Source: Nitrosopumilus sp.
GTDB lineage: Archaea > Thermoproteota > Nitrososphaeria > Nitrososphaerales > Nitrosopumilaceae
Direction: 5' to 3'
Assembly (NCBI GenBank): GCA_965214775.1
Contig: OZ243974.1
Span: forward strand, 1,184,001-1,248,000
DNA: 64,000 bases
Every line of letters starts with the position of its first letter. Within the stretch, counting starts at the first letter, position 1. A model generated the notes under the pieces. That model did not search any database and was not told the DNA's origin. It saw only the letters and a program-made list of their open reading frames with translations. Positions 1-10,054 of this stretch are shown here, in pieces. A program made the translations under genes and the position numbers.

Positions 1-3000
1 TAGAAAAACCAGATATTCGCCCCGGGCACTCTTGGATGCATGGTTGTTGATTTTTGCAAAGGAGTATTCGCCATCATAAATCAGAACCTTGTGCCTGATC
101 CCGTCAAGGTATCGCCGCATCTCCGAATCTCCATCTTTGTTGTTTGTGACAATGATGATCTCATAGTTTTTGTATGTCGTCTTTGACTCTATAGACTCTA
201 GGTTCTTTCTGAGATAATCGGTTTGGTTGAGGGTGGGGATGATTATGCTGACCTTTGGATTTCTTGGAAGCGTGAGGATTTCTGCCGATCCTATCTGAAT
301 GTGCTCTCTCAGATCTTCGTCAGGCTCGGCGGGGTACTCGTTGCAGAATATCCTTGAGTTCAATTTGGGATCATCAAGTTTGATCGTCTCCGAGTATCGC
401 CTGACTCTTTCGGACAGGATGTTGGTGGCAACATCCAAGGAGGGGGGGGGGGAAGGCTGCTCCAAAGTGGCAAAACCCATGTCTGAGCTTCTAGAGCCTG
501 AGCTGTTGCAACTAAGAGACTGAAGGAAACCGTTGAGAATTTTCTCACCTACCTTAAGAGAATGGTATCTATCAAAATACGTTTTTCCATTTTGGCTGAG
601 CCTTAACCAAAGATTCTCATCATCAAGAAGAGTGAAGACTGCATCGGCAAACTCTTCTTCATTGCTTGCGACAAGAACATCTTTTTTGCTTTTTAATTCA
701 GTGCCGGCAAGTCCTAGAGGCGTCGTAATGACTGGAACGTTGAAGTTTAAAGACTCTAAGATTTTACCTTTTATTCCACCTACCACCATCATATATGCAA
801 TGGTGGCAACAGCTCCGTCGTAATAAGGGAAAAGATCCTTTACAAAACCGGAAAAATGGATGTTAGAATTTTCCATTTTTGTTAGTTCTTTAGGCGGGTC
901 ATTGCCTACAAAATACATCTCTATTGCAGGCATTTTTTTGAGAATAAGTGGAAATACGTCATCGATGATTTTTTTCGCGGACACCACGTTTGGGGTGTGA
1001 GAAAACCCACCCACAAAAAGAAGATACTTTCTCTCATTGAATTTTTTTACTGGCCTGGTATTTAAATGGCGAATGTCAGGAAGCAGTAAAAGTTTTTCGG
1101 AGGGAACAATTTTTTGTAACAGATTTATTTCTCGCTGGGTAATCACCATTAGGTGATCAGAGATATTGGTGAAATCTCTACCAAATTTAGTTAGTGTGTC
1201 TAGTGCTTTTTGATCATCGTCAACTTGTATGTTTTTATCTTGACTAACCAACCTGCAAAATCCGTAGAGATCATCAATATGGAGTAGAATTTTTGTTTGG
1301 GGGGAAGTAGTTTTAGACTGATGAAGATATTGTTTGCATTGAACAGAAGACATTCTGTTTGTATTGATAACTATCAAATCATAGTAATTTTTTCGATCTT
1401 CAAGCAAGACGGACACATCAAAATTTTGTGCGGGGATTATTTCAATCCCCAAACGTCGTAATCCGTCATTATATTCTGAGGCGCCATAGTGGCTTACAAA
1501 AAGTGTAATTTTTGAATTTAGCTGAGAAAGCAATTTTAGAATATTATACACGCGAAGATCTCCTCCGCTCTTATCGTGTTCTGTTATCCACCCATCAATT
1601 ACAAGAATTCTAACCGAATCGCGCATGTCCCGGGCAAGTAAAACGTTAGAGTCCGAAGGGATGTGCTTTGTAGAAAGGGCTTCCTTCCAAGTTTTCTGGA
1701 ATTTGGGGCGGTTGATTATCTCGAATCGCTTTGTACCGGAGGGATTTTGCGGATCCCTGGTTGAAGAAATTCCCTCATAGTGAACTATCGAAGAGAACGG
1801 AGTATACATGACACGTAGTGAGTTTTTGTGTGCGTTGAAACAAAGATCAACATCTTCATAATATGCAGGAATGTATTTTTCGCTAAATTTGCCCAATTTC
1901 TCAAAAATACTTTTCTTTACTAGTAAACATGCGCCAGAAACATAATCGACATCTCTAACAAAATTATATTCCGGTTTTAAATGATCATCATTTCTGCCAT
2001 ATGCTCGTGCTGATCCGTCATTCCAAATTATTGAACCTGCTTCCTGCAGACTGCCGTCAGGGTACAAGAACTTGGGTCCGACAATTCCAACTTTCTCATA
2101 ATGTTCAAAAATATCAAGTAAAGACTCTAACCAATTTTTTAACACAAGAGTGTCGTTGTTTAAAAACAACAGGTATTTTCCAACCGCATGGCATGATGCA
2201 AAATTATTTCCGGCAATAAACCCCAAATTAGATTTTAAATCAAACGATTTTGTATTTTTAATTTGTTTTAAAAGAAGCTTACTTGCGTTTTCAGTACAGC
2301 CGTTGTTGATTAGTATTATCTCATAAGGGATTTTGGTGTTATGTAAAACAGACGCAAGGCAATTAAATGTATATGCGGCTTTGTTATGATTTAGTATAAT
2401 TATAGAAACAATAGGCGAATCATGTTTTGGAAATGTTAGGACAGAGTTAGTGTTTGCGTATTCTAATTCTTCTCTAAATTGTTCAGCTACATTACTGCCT
2501 TCTATTTTGGGAATAAGAACCGGTTTGAATGTAAGTACTGAAGTTAAGCTAGATTTGTTCTTTTTAGCTATGAATTCCTCAATTAATTTTTTTAGACCAT
2601 GGGTTTTGGTGATGTACAAGCTAGATCTCATCACGCGTAAAAACTCGCCACTCCTAGTATTTGGCTTGAAAGTTCTATCTAGACTATTTGTAAATCCATT
2701 AAGAAATGAGAAAATCAGTGAGCTGTTGATTTGTTCTAATTCATATGCCAACGAATTATATTTTGATTGTAATTCTGCCAACTCGGAGTTTTTGTAAGTA
2801 ATCTGCTCTTTTAGAGAAAGTACACGCAAGTTTTTCGCGTCAACCTCTGCCTGTAGCCTCTTGACCATAGTGCCCAGCTCGGCCTTGTCGCCCTCCAGCG
2901 TGTCGACCTGCCTGCCCAGCTCGGCCTTGTCGCCCTCCAGCGTGTCGACCTGCCTGCCCAGCTCGGCCTTGTCGCCCTCCAGCGTGTCGACCTGCCTGCC

Positions 3001-5538
3001 CAGCTCGGCCTTGTCGCCCTCCAGCGTGTCGACCTGCCTGCCCAGCTCGGCCTTGTCGCCCTCCAGCGTGTCGACCTGCCTGCCCAGCTCGGCCTTGTCG
3101 CCCTCCAGCGTGTCGACCTGCCTGCCCAGCTCGGCCTTGTCGCCCTCCAGCGTGTCGACCTGCCTGCCCAGCTCGGCCTTGTCGCCCTCCAGCGTGTCGA
3201 CCTGCCTGCCCAGCTCGGCCTTGTCGCCCTCCAGCGTGTCGACCTGCCTGCCCAGCTCGGCCTTGTCGCCCTCCAGCGTGTCGACCTGCCTGCCCAGCTC
3301 GGCCTTGTCGCCCTCCAGCGTGTCGACCTGCCTGCCCAGCTCGGCCTCCCTGTCTTGCAGCTTGGATGCCAGTGAGGAAGATTCTTCCGCTAGCCGAAAT
3401 GAAGAAAGCAGTGATTCGTAATAGTGCTTGTATTTTCTTAGTTTCACCTTGTGAGAATCCGTGGAATCATCTGAAATTGCCCATTCGAGGAGGCGTGTGT
3501 AATCTCCGTTCTTGACTTCCGGAAAGGCCTTCCGCAGATCCGGTCTCAAGCGGTATATTTTCAATAGTTCGTCTAGCTCGATCTTGTAGCTCTCCAGATC
3601 GATCCGGCTTGGCTGTTGATCAGATATACTGGCCTCTTCAACTCGCATTTTCTGCATCTGTGATCTGATAAATTCACTTGAATTTTCTTCATGTGTGTTT
3701 TTATAGCAAATTTGCAACAGATCAAGAGCAGCTGCGTCGGTTGTGATAATCAGCGAGAGCTCTAACCACACCATTGCATTTTCAAATTTGCCACTGTCCA
3801 TCAACACATTGCCCTGCAACAGGTATCTTGCGTGATCGCTTTTATCGTGTTCAATCATTCGATCTAAGATCTTGGAACACTCGTGGTATTCCTGCAAGTT
3901 ATACAGGCAGTTTGCACATCCCTCCAAGGCTGGAATGTATCCCCAATCTGTTTCAAGTATGCCCCTGTAAATTCTTAGTGCATCTGTCCACTTTGATGAC
4001 TCTGCCAGCTTGTCTGCGTTGTAAAGATCTAGCAACACTTGGTTCTTTGTTAGACAATACTTTGTAGTTATATGTTTATAGACAAAGTCCTTGTTTTTCT
4101 CCATCAGTATGCTGGAGTTGCGCGTCGAGCCCTGCGTGTTGATCCAGTATTCTCCAGTGGCTTTTGGAACTCGCACAAAATAGGCGTGCTTGGAAAACCT
4201 CCTTAGAACGTCCCAGTCCTCCCAAAAATCTAGTGCCTCATCATACCTCTCAACCTTGGACAGCTCCTTTCTGTGCACCACCGCAAAATTGGGTATGAAG
4301 TTGTCCTGATCTACTGGATCATATCTCGCATTCTTCAGCTTCTTCAGCTTCTTTTCGATCGGAATCTGCACCCCGTCCTCATTCACCATACAGTTGACTT
4401 GGACGTAATCCGCATATACGAGCATCCTAGACTCAAATCTGACAAGCTCCCCCACGGTAACCTCCAGATGATCCGGATACAGCCTGTCATCGTCATCTAG
4501 ATACGCAATGAGCTCGCCTCCAGCTGCTGTATCTATTGCATAGTTGTTGGCATAGGACTTGCCCCTGTGTTCTTCTAGCCTGATATACCTGATCCTAGGA
4601 TCCTCAAACCCGTCAATTATACCCTTGATGTCCCTTCCCCCATCATTGACTATAATCAACTCGAAATTCTCATACGTCTGCGACAATACCGACCTTATCG
4701 CAAGTGGGATTATGGATTCCCTGTCTCGTGTGGCCATTATTACAGAAACAAGCGGGCTTTTGGGCGGCTTGGACGGGACTTGGCCTCCGCCTCGTGGCAC
4801 CCACTTTCGCAGGAAATAGTCCTTGTTCTTCTGATCCACAAACGGTGATCTCAAGTCCGGATCCCCGGCGTGCGTAGGATCACCGGTATCGGTGCGGTAG
4901 ACAAAGACGTCCCTAGCAACCAGGATCGTCCCCCCAGCCTCCCGTATCCGCCTGCAATAGTCGTCATCATACAGCGGCCCGAAGCTGAATCCCTCGTCCA
5001 AGGGCCCTATGTCGGCTACAATCTTTGATCTTGCCACCATACAAAAGCCCCCGACCCGGTGGTATTTGGCCGTCAGACCCTCATACTTGGCGTGAAAGTC
5101 CCTGCCGTATTCGGCAATATGCACGGGATCGGATCCCACGCCGCACGAATAGTCGCACTGCATGACACCTGCCGAGTTGCTCATGGGCCCGACCGCCCCC
5201 GCATCCGGGTTGCCCTCAAGGTGTCCCACGAGCGTGTCCAGCCAGCCCGGGGTCACGATGACGCTGCTGTCCAGCCAGACGGCATACCTAGCGCGAATCT
5301 TTTCCAGTCCCTGATTCATGGCCCTTACGAACCCGGCGTCTTTTTTGTTTCTGATCAGTACCGAGCCGTCAAACCTTTTGAGGTACTGCAAGGTTCCGTC
5401 CGTCGAGCCGTTGTCTACGAATATGTACCTGTAGGATATGGCGCCTTTGCTTGCCTCTACGCTCTCGATACACCTTTTTGTGCCATCCAGATCGTTACGG
5501 GTCACGATGATGATGTCGCACGTAGACGGTGTGCTCAT
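1..5538 (-). CDS. Giant multi-domain glycosyltransferase (GT2-GT2-TPR-like-coiled coil-GT2-GT4-like-GT2), 3' end runs off the window
   Basis: ATG at 5538 gives MSTPSTCDIIIVTRND...FVDNGSTDGT. Further GT2 starts: LVSVIMATRDR...IIVNDGG, IVSIIILNHN, KVSIIIPTLNQ...GEYLVFL at base 1. GT4-like RILVIDGWITEHDKSGGDLR. Start and base-1 ends are in the same frame, and the ORF's absence from the track fits having no stop inside the window. Confidence 0.85.
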   Translation of the reverse strand, partial: MSTPSTCDIIIVTRNDLDGTKRCIESVEASKGAISYRYIFVDNGSTDGTLQYLKRFDGSVLIRNKKDAGFVRAMNQGLEKIRARYAVWLDSSVIVTPGWLDTLVGHLEGNPDAGAVGPMSNSAGVMQCDYSCGVGSDPVHIAEYGRDFHAKYEGLTAKYHRVGGFCMVARSKIVADIGPLDEGFSFGPLYDDDYCRRIREAGGTILVARDVFVYRTDTGDPTHAGDPDLRSPFVDQKNKDYFLRKWVPRGGGQVPSKPPKSPLVSVIMATRDRESIIPLAIRSVLSQTYENFELIIVNDGGRDIKGIIDGFEDPRIRYIRLEEHRGKSYANNYAIDTAAGGELIAYLDDDDRLYPDHLEVTVGELVRFESRMLVYADYVQVNCMVNEDGVQIPIEKKLKKLKNARYDPVDQDNFIPNFAVVHRKELSKVERYDEALDFWEDWDVLRRFSKHAYFVRVPKATGEYWINTQGSTRNSSILMEKNKDFVYKHITTKYCLTKNQVLLDLYNADKLAESSKWTDALRIYRGILETDWGYIPALEGCANCLYNLQEYHECSKILDRMIEHDKSDHARYLLQGNVLMDSGKFENAMVWLELSLIITTDAAALDLLQICYKNTHEENSSEFIRSQMQKMRVEEASISDQQPSRIDLESYKIELDELLKIYRLRPDLRKAFPEVKNGDYTRLLEWAISDDSTDSHKVKLRKYKHYYESLLSSFRLAEESSSLASKLQDREAELGRQVDTLEGDKAELGRQVDTLEGDKAELGRQVDTLEGDKAELGRQVDTLEGDKAELGRQVDTLEGDKAELGRQVDTLEGDKAELGRQVDTLEGDKAELGRQVDTLEGDKAELGRQVDTLEGDKAELGRQVDTLEGDKAELGRQVDTLEGDKAELGTMVKRLQAEVDAKNLRVLSLKEQITYKNSELAELQSKYNSLAYELEQINSSLIFSFLNGFTNSLDRTFKPNTRSGEFLRVMRSSLYITKTHGLKKLIEEFIAKKNKSSLTSVLTFKPVLIPKIEGSNVAEQFREELEYANTNSVLTFPKHDSPIVSIIILNHNKAAYTFNCLASVLHNTKIPYEIILINNGCTENASKLLLKQIKNTKSFDLKSNLGFIAGNNFASCHAVGKYLLFLNNDTLVLKNWLESLLDIFEHYEKVGIVGPKFLYPDGSLQEAGSIIWNDGSARAYGRNDDHLKPEYNFVRDVDYVSGACLLVKKSIFEKLGKFSEKYIPAYYEDVDLCFNAHKNSLRVMYTPFSSIVHYEGISSTRDPQNPSGTKRFEIINRPKFQKTWKEALSTKHIPSDSNVLLARDMRDSVRILVIDGWITEHDKSGGDLRVYNILKLLSQLNSKITLFVSHYGASEYNDGLRRLGIEIIPAQNFDVSVLLEDRKNYYDLIVINTNRMSSVQCKQYLHQSKTTSPQTKILLHIDDLYGFCRLVSQDKNIQVDDDQKALDTLTKFGRDFTNISDHLMVITQREINLLQKIVPSEKLLLLPDIRHLNTRPVKKFNERKYLLFVGGFSHTPNVVSAKKIIDDVFPLILKKMPAIEMYFVGNDPPKELTKMENSNIHFSGFVKDLFPYYDGAVATIAYMMVVGGIKGKILESLNFNVPVITTPLGLAGTELKSKKDVLVASNEEEFADAVFTLLDDENLWLRLSQNGKTYFDRYHSLKVGEKILNGFLQSLSCNSSGSRSSDMGFATLEQPSPPPSLDVATNILSERVRRYSETIKLDDPKLNSRIFCNEYPAEPDEDLREHIQIGSAEILTLPRNPKVSIIIPTLNQTDYLRKNLESIESKTTYKNYEIIIVTNNKDGDSEMRRYLDGIRHKVLIYDGEYSFAKINNHASKSARGEYLVFL
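2873..3346. repeat. 42-bp tandem repeat, 11 full copies plus a partial, encoding (LEGDKAELGRQVDT)n on the minus strand
   Basis: Unit cccagctcggccttgtcgccctccagcgtgtcgacctgcctg, read directly; 14 aa = two heptads. Confidence 0.97.
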
Positions 5539-5582
5539 ATCAATGAAAAAAGGCTCCACGTATTAATAACATACTGCATGCC

Positions 5583-5703
5583 CAGTCTTCCCAGAAGTAC
5601 CGCATAAAATCATCCCGGGCCAGAAACAATTCAGATGAGGATGCCTGCAGATCTGCATGTCACCTACTGCACTGCCGTGAGTCGGTTACTTCTGGGAAGA
5701 CTG
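5583..5703. mobile_element. MITE family A (TIR CAGTCTTCCCAGAAGTA, ISH3-like ends)
   Basis: Terminal inverted repeats. Related copies at 14529-14650, 20599-20720 (5-bp TSD AAGAC), ~23996, 48159-49360 (interrupted) and 49366-49484. Confidence 0.75.
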
Positions 5704-5747
5704 ACTATTACAGTCTAATATATATTGATATTTTTGGAAGCTCTGTT

Positions 5748-6524
5748 GTGCCCAACCTATTTTCAGATCTAATTCGTCAACGAACAATCGTATTTTCATT
5801 GGCTATTACTGATGTAAAATTGCGATACAAAAATTCGGCTCTGGGGTTTTTCTGGACATTTCTAGAACCTGTATTGATGCTAGGAATACTCTATGTTGTA
5901 TTTAGCAATATTTTGCGAAGTGAGATTGAACACTACCCGATGTACTTGCTGATCGGGCTGGTATTTTGGTATATGTTTTCAAGAGCTACAACTGCTGGAA
6001 TGACAAGCTTGCAAGACAAATCGTTTATAATCCAAAAAACATCTTTACGTCGTGAAATTATTGTTATTAGTTCTACGCTTACCGCTTTCATAATGATGAT
6101 GTTTGAACTGTTGGCGTTTGGTGTATTTGTAATAATTTTTCAATTTGTTCCGCCATTAACAATATCGTTCTTGCCTATTTTACTACTGGAGATACTCGTT
6201 TTATCTCTAGGCATAGCGTTCATCCTCTCTATTCTTAATGTTTATTTTAGAGATATTCGCTTTATTTGGCAAGTGATTCTTCAGGCGTCTTTCTTTCTTT
6301 CTCCCATAATCTATACACTTGACATGTTTCCTGAAACCATTCGTGGCATATTGGAAATTAACCCCTTCGTCCACATGTTAAACATAACTCATAGTTTAGT
6401 ACTGTATGGAACAACGCCCGAATTAAATTCCTTGTTTTACCTGATATCCACCACTGGAGCTCTGCTGGTGTTTGGATACTATTTATTTAAATCAAAAGGG
6501 AAAAAAATTGCGGAGAAAATATAA
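5748..6524 (+). CDS. wzm: ABC-2 polysaccharide exporter permease (Wzm/RfbA-like)
   Basis: DVKLRYKNSALGFFWTFLEP and FFLSPIIY...INPF motifs; multi-pass hydrophobic. Confidence 0.9.
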   Translation: MPNLFSDLIRQRTIVFSLAITDVKLRYKNSALGFFWTFLEPVLMLGILYVVFSNILRSEIEHYPMYLLIGLVFWYMFSRATTAGMTSLQDKSFIIQKTSLRREIIVISSTLTAFIMMMFELLAFGVFVIIFQFVPPLTISFLPILLLEILVLSLGIAFILSILNVYFRDIRFIWQVILQASFFLSPIIYTLDMFPETIRGILEINPFVHMLNITHSLVLYGTTPELNSLFYLISTTGALLVFGYYLFKSKGKKIAEKI

Positions 6525-7270
6525 TGTCTGAAAGCATTGCTTTAAGATTAGAAAATGTTTCAAAAACATTTCGTATTCGATCAAATAAAGACAGTACACT
6601 GTTTGAATTTTTAACCTCTTTTTGGAAAAATAATGTTGATGAAGAATTGAAAGTTTTACAAAATATCAACCTAACTATTCACAAGGGTGAGACATTAGGA
6701 ATATTGGGTCTTAACGGAGCTGGAAAAAGCACACTATTAAAAATTTTAGCACAAATCTACGCTCCTGACTCTGGAACATTGCACGTTAATGGGAAATTAA
6801 CCCCTTTCTTGGATCTAGGTACTGGATTTAATGGAGAGCTTTCTGCACGAGAAAATGTTTATGTTTATGGCATATTGTTAGGATTATCAAAGAAACAAAT
6901 TACTGATAAAATAGGTGACATTTTTGAGTATGCAGAACTTGAAAAATTCAAAAACACAAAATTGAAGAATTTTTCTTCTGGCATGGTGGCAAGATTGGCA
7001 TTTTCGACAGCTATTACCGTTGATCCTGATGTCCTGTTGGTTGACGAAGTTCTGGCAGTCGGCGATGCACTATTTCGCCAAAAAAGCTACAAAGCATTTT
7101 TAGACTTTAAACAGAAAAACAAAACAATAATTATTGTCTCTCACTCAGTAACCCAAATTCAAGATCTGTGTGACCGAGCAATACTACTTTTCAACGGAAA
7201 AATTATTTCTGACGGTGTTCCTGATGTTGTTGCTAAAGAATATGCAAAACTAATTGACACTAAATCGTAA
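6524..7270 (+). CDS. wzt: ABC polysaccharide exporter ATPase (Wzt/RfbB-like, no C-terminal carbohydrate-binding domain)
   Basis: Walker A GLNGAGKST, FSSGMVARLAF, LLVDEVLAVGD; overlaps the wzm stop. Confidence 0.92.
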   Translation: MSESIALRLENVSKTFRIRSNKDSTLFEFLTSFWKNNVDEELKVLQNINLTIHKGETLGILGLNGAGKSTLLKILAQIYAPDSGTLHVNGKLTPFLDLGTGFNGELSARENVYVYGILLGLSKKQITDKIGDIFEYAELEKFKNTKLKNFSSGMVARLAFSTAITVDPDVLLVDEVLAVGDALFRQKSYKAFLDFKQKNKTIIIVSHSVTQIQDLCDRAILLFNGKIISDGVPDVVAKEYAKLIDTKS

Positions 7271-7329
7271 TTACGTTGTTGCGTTTTAACCACGGGTGTG
7301 AGGTCACGTAGTATTCACGGCTACCGTAT

Positions 7330-7621
7330 GAGACGTTATATCAAACCTTATCTGTAGCGGACGCCATATTATCCGTGTTGGACCCAAGAGCCCAAGTAAA
7401 CTTGCCACATATGAGGGCGTGTAAGAGACTGGCTCAGAGTAGGCGGACAACGAAATGCCACATCATCGAGGGCGAATGGGAGTTTTCCGTTCAGTTGGGC
7501 ACACACACTTTGATCAACATGGAGGTGATATCATGATCAACATAGGAATAGACGTTCATAAGAAGACATGTATGGTAACCATCAAAGAGTAAGAGACGTT
7601 ATATCAAACCTTATCTGTAGC
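7330..7621 (+). mobile_element. IS110-family 5' remnant (non-coding leader plus MINIGIDVHKK...) between 29-bp direct repeats
   Basis: GIDVHK motif from ~7533; gagacgttatatcaaaccttatctgtagc at 7330-7358 and 7593-7621. Confidence 0.65.
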
Positions 7622-7784
7622 TAGTTTGTTGCATAACCCTTCCTAAAATTTGAAATCTGACCGAAAATCACCAAAATGATCAACTAATCCTTACCGAAAA
7701 AGTAATGGATCATGAGGATGCCTCGTATGGTATACATTGACACAAACAGACAATGCAAAGTACGTAAAGAGGGGGGCAGGCCTA

Positions 7785-10011
7785 TACTGACGATCATTGA
7801 AAATTTCGCCTGATTACACGTCTTGTGAAGGTTTATAGATCTCCGCCATGGCCATTCTGACATGAACAAGACGAAAATCCTCACGGATGCCATGCGTGTG
7901 GAAAAGGATACCAGGATTCACACCAGAATTCTGGCGGTGCGTAGTATCTACGTCAGCCATTTGTTCATCTTTACCACCTTTATCTCGCCCCTGCGCGTCA
8001 TACTGCGCAGTGATCTCTGCATCTCCTTGACGGTCTTGTAAAGGCAGTTTGAAGTCGCCTTTTTGAACCCGCGCCACTGCCCCTCCGAGTTGTTAAGCTC
8101 CGGCGCGTACGGTGGCAGGTACTTTAGCACCACGTCCCCGTTCCACTTGGCCATCTTTCTATTGAGTTCTGCTGACTTGTGGTACGATGCGTTGTCGACA
8201 AACAACAACACCTTGCCGTACTTGCGGCGCAGTGTCCTGAGAAACTTGTAGAATGTTCCCGTGTTGGCCTTTTCGTAAAAGCGATAGTCAAACCTGTTTC
8301 TTGAGAGGGCCCCTATGACATAGAACCTTCCTGGACAGGCTGACGGGCGTATAGACCGGCTCTCCTACGGGGTACCAGCTGTTCTTGACGTTCCATCCCA
8401 GTATGAACATGGACTCGTCGCCTATCATTACCATGTACCCCTTTTTTGAATAGTACTTTGCGCTCTGCCTAGCTTTTTTTTTGAACTCCTTTTTCTCGGA
8501 TTCTGAGGCTGATTTTGGGTGTTTTGGCCTGGGCTTTCTGCATGAGAAGCCGATTCTGTGCAGCAGGTCGTACATGCTCGTTTCTGCATACGTGATGCCG
8601 AACTTCTTTTTGACGTGGGCAATGACCAGCGGCCCTGTCCATGTTGTGGCCTTAAAGCCGCAGTTGTCCGGGCCCTTGATCAGGTCTGCGCGCAGCCGTT
8701 CAAGCTGTTTCTTGTCGAGCCTGCACGGGGCGCCATGCTTTATGTCAAACCTGCCCTCCAGGCCATGCTTGTGCGCACGCACCAGCCAGTATCGTACGGT
8801 TCCATACGGCCTGCTCAGCTTCTCGGCAATATCATATATGCTCGCGCCGCACTTTCTCATGTGGTATGCAAGGAGCCGGATTGCCGCCTTGGCGTCCTTC
8901 TCGGACTTGTGCATCCTAAAAAGCTCGTCCTTGCTTGCTATCCCGTACAGGAACGCTGTTCCCGTCGGTAATTCCTTCTTTCCTTTCATGTGTATATATG
9001 GGACTAATAGCTCTTAGATCCTTTGGTTGAAAAAAATTGTCCTTTTTGTGATCAATTGGTAGCCGAGGATACTACGCTCCGTACTGCTTGGCAACACCAC
9101 TGCACAGACCGCAGAGATTGCCGACGTGACACAGCGTACCATACAGATGTGGGTCGAGAGGTTTGAGCTTGACGGCGTTGACGGTCTCCGTGACTCCCCC
9201 AACAGGGGCAAAAAGCCAAAGGTTCCAATCAACAGAATAAAAAAGATCGCCATGAGGCTGCGCAGGATGGAAAAGCTCACCCCAAAGAAGATGCGCAACT
9301 GGGTGCGCCGCAAACTGCATGTAACATACAGCGTTGGAAGCATCAGAAGAATCCTGCGCACGATGGGATTCTCGCTAAAGACGTCAACTACCAAGCTGGC
9401 AAATGCTGCCGACGCAAAGGAGGTAAGACGGTGGCAAAGGGAGGCAAAAGACACGATTAGGCTTGCAAAAAGGCGCGGATTCAGGATAACCGTACAGGAC
9501 GAGTCGATATTCGTCAGTACGGGAAGGGACGGCAAAAAGTTCTGGTCGCCAGTGGGGGACAGAATCGAGGTGCAACGATCCGGCAGAAGGGAGCGCGTCG
9601 TGGTATACGGAACGGTTGCAGACGACGGAACCAGGCTGATGCGTACATACGACAAGTTCAACAGCATAAACTTTGTGCGTTATCTCAAGCAGGCGCGCAA
9701 AAGTGGGGAAAGGTTCTGATTGTGATGGACAACGCAGCACAGCACAAGACCGGAAGGGTCCACAGGTACCTGAAGAAAAATCCCGACGTTGTCCTGCTGT
9801 ACCTGCCGGTAGCTAGGCCGGAGCTGAGCGCCATAGAGCCAATCTGGAAGGATGCCAAGTACAGGCTGGTCACATCTGCCTTTTATGATACGGCAGATCA
9901 CCTCAAAAGGGCCGTCTCAGAATACTTTAGGACGTGTTCCATCAAGGTTGACATCTACAAGTATCTTGAGCGCAGCGTGTAATCAGGCGAAATTTTCAAT
10001 GATCGTCAGTA
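7785..10011 (+). mobile_element. IS630-family element A, copy 1 (interrupted by element B and frameshifted near 9700)
   Basis: TIR tactgacgatcattgaaaatttcgcctgattacac; near-identical to 24230-25322; ORF pieces 9126-9719 and 9722-9982. Confidence 0.92.
7942..9074 (-). mobile_element. IS630-family element B nested in element A; transposase frameshifted (8288-8989 and 7948-8211)
   Basis: Ends TAGTATC...GATACTA; HTH region, GDES, VDNASYH, LPPYAPELN motifs; flanked by duplicated CG. Confidence 0.9.
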
Positions 10012-10054
10012 TAGGTGTGTCAATTACGCATAAAGTCTAATATAATTATCGTCC

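Noticed and set aside
2861-3421. Plus-strand Ser-rich ORF (PSSALSPSSVSTCL)n
   Set aside because: Antisense shadow of the coiled-coil repeat in the minus-strand glycosyltransferase
8455-8490. Programmed -1 frameshift at the A-run of IS630 element B
   Set aside because: The frame is continuous there; the actual break is near 8325 with no slippery motif, so it is treated as a mutation
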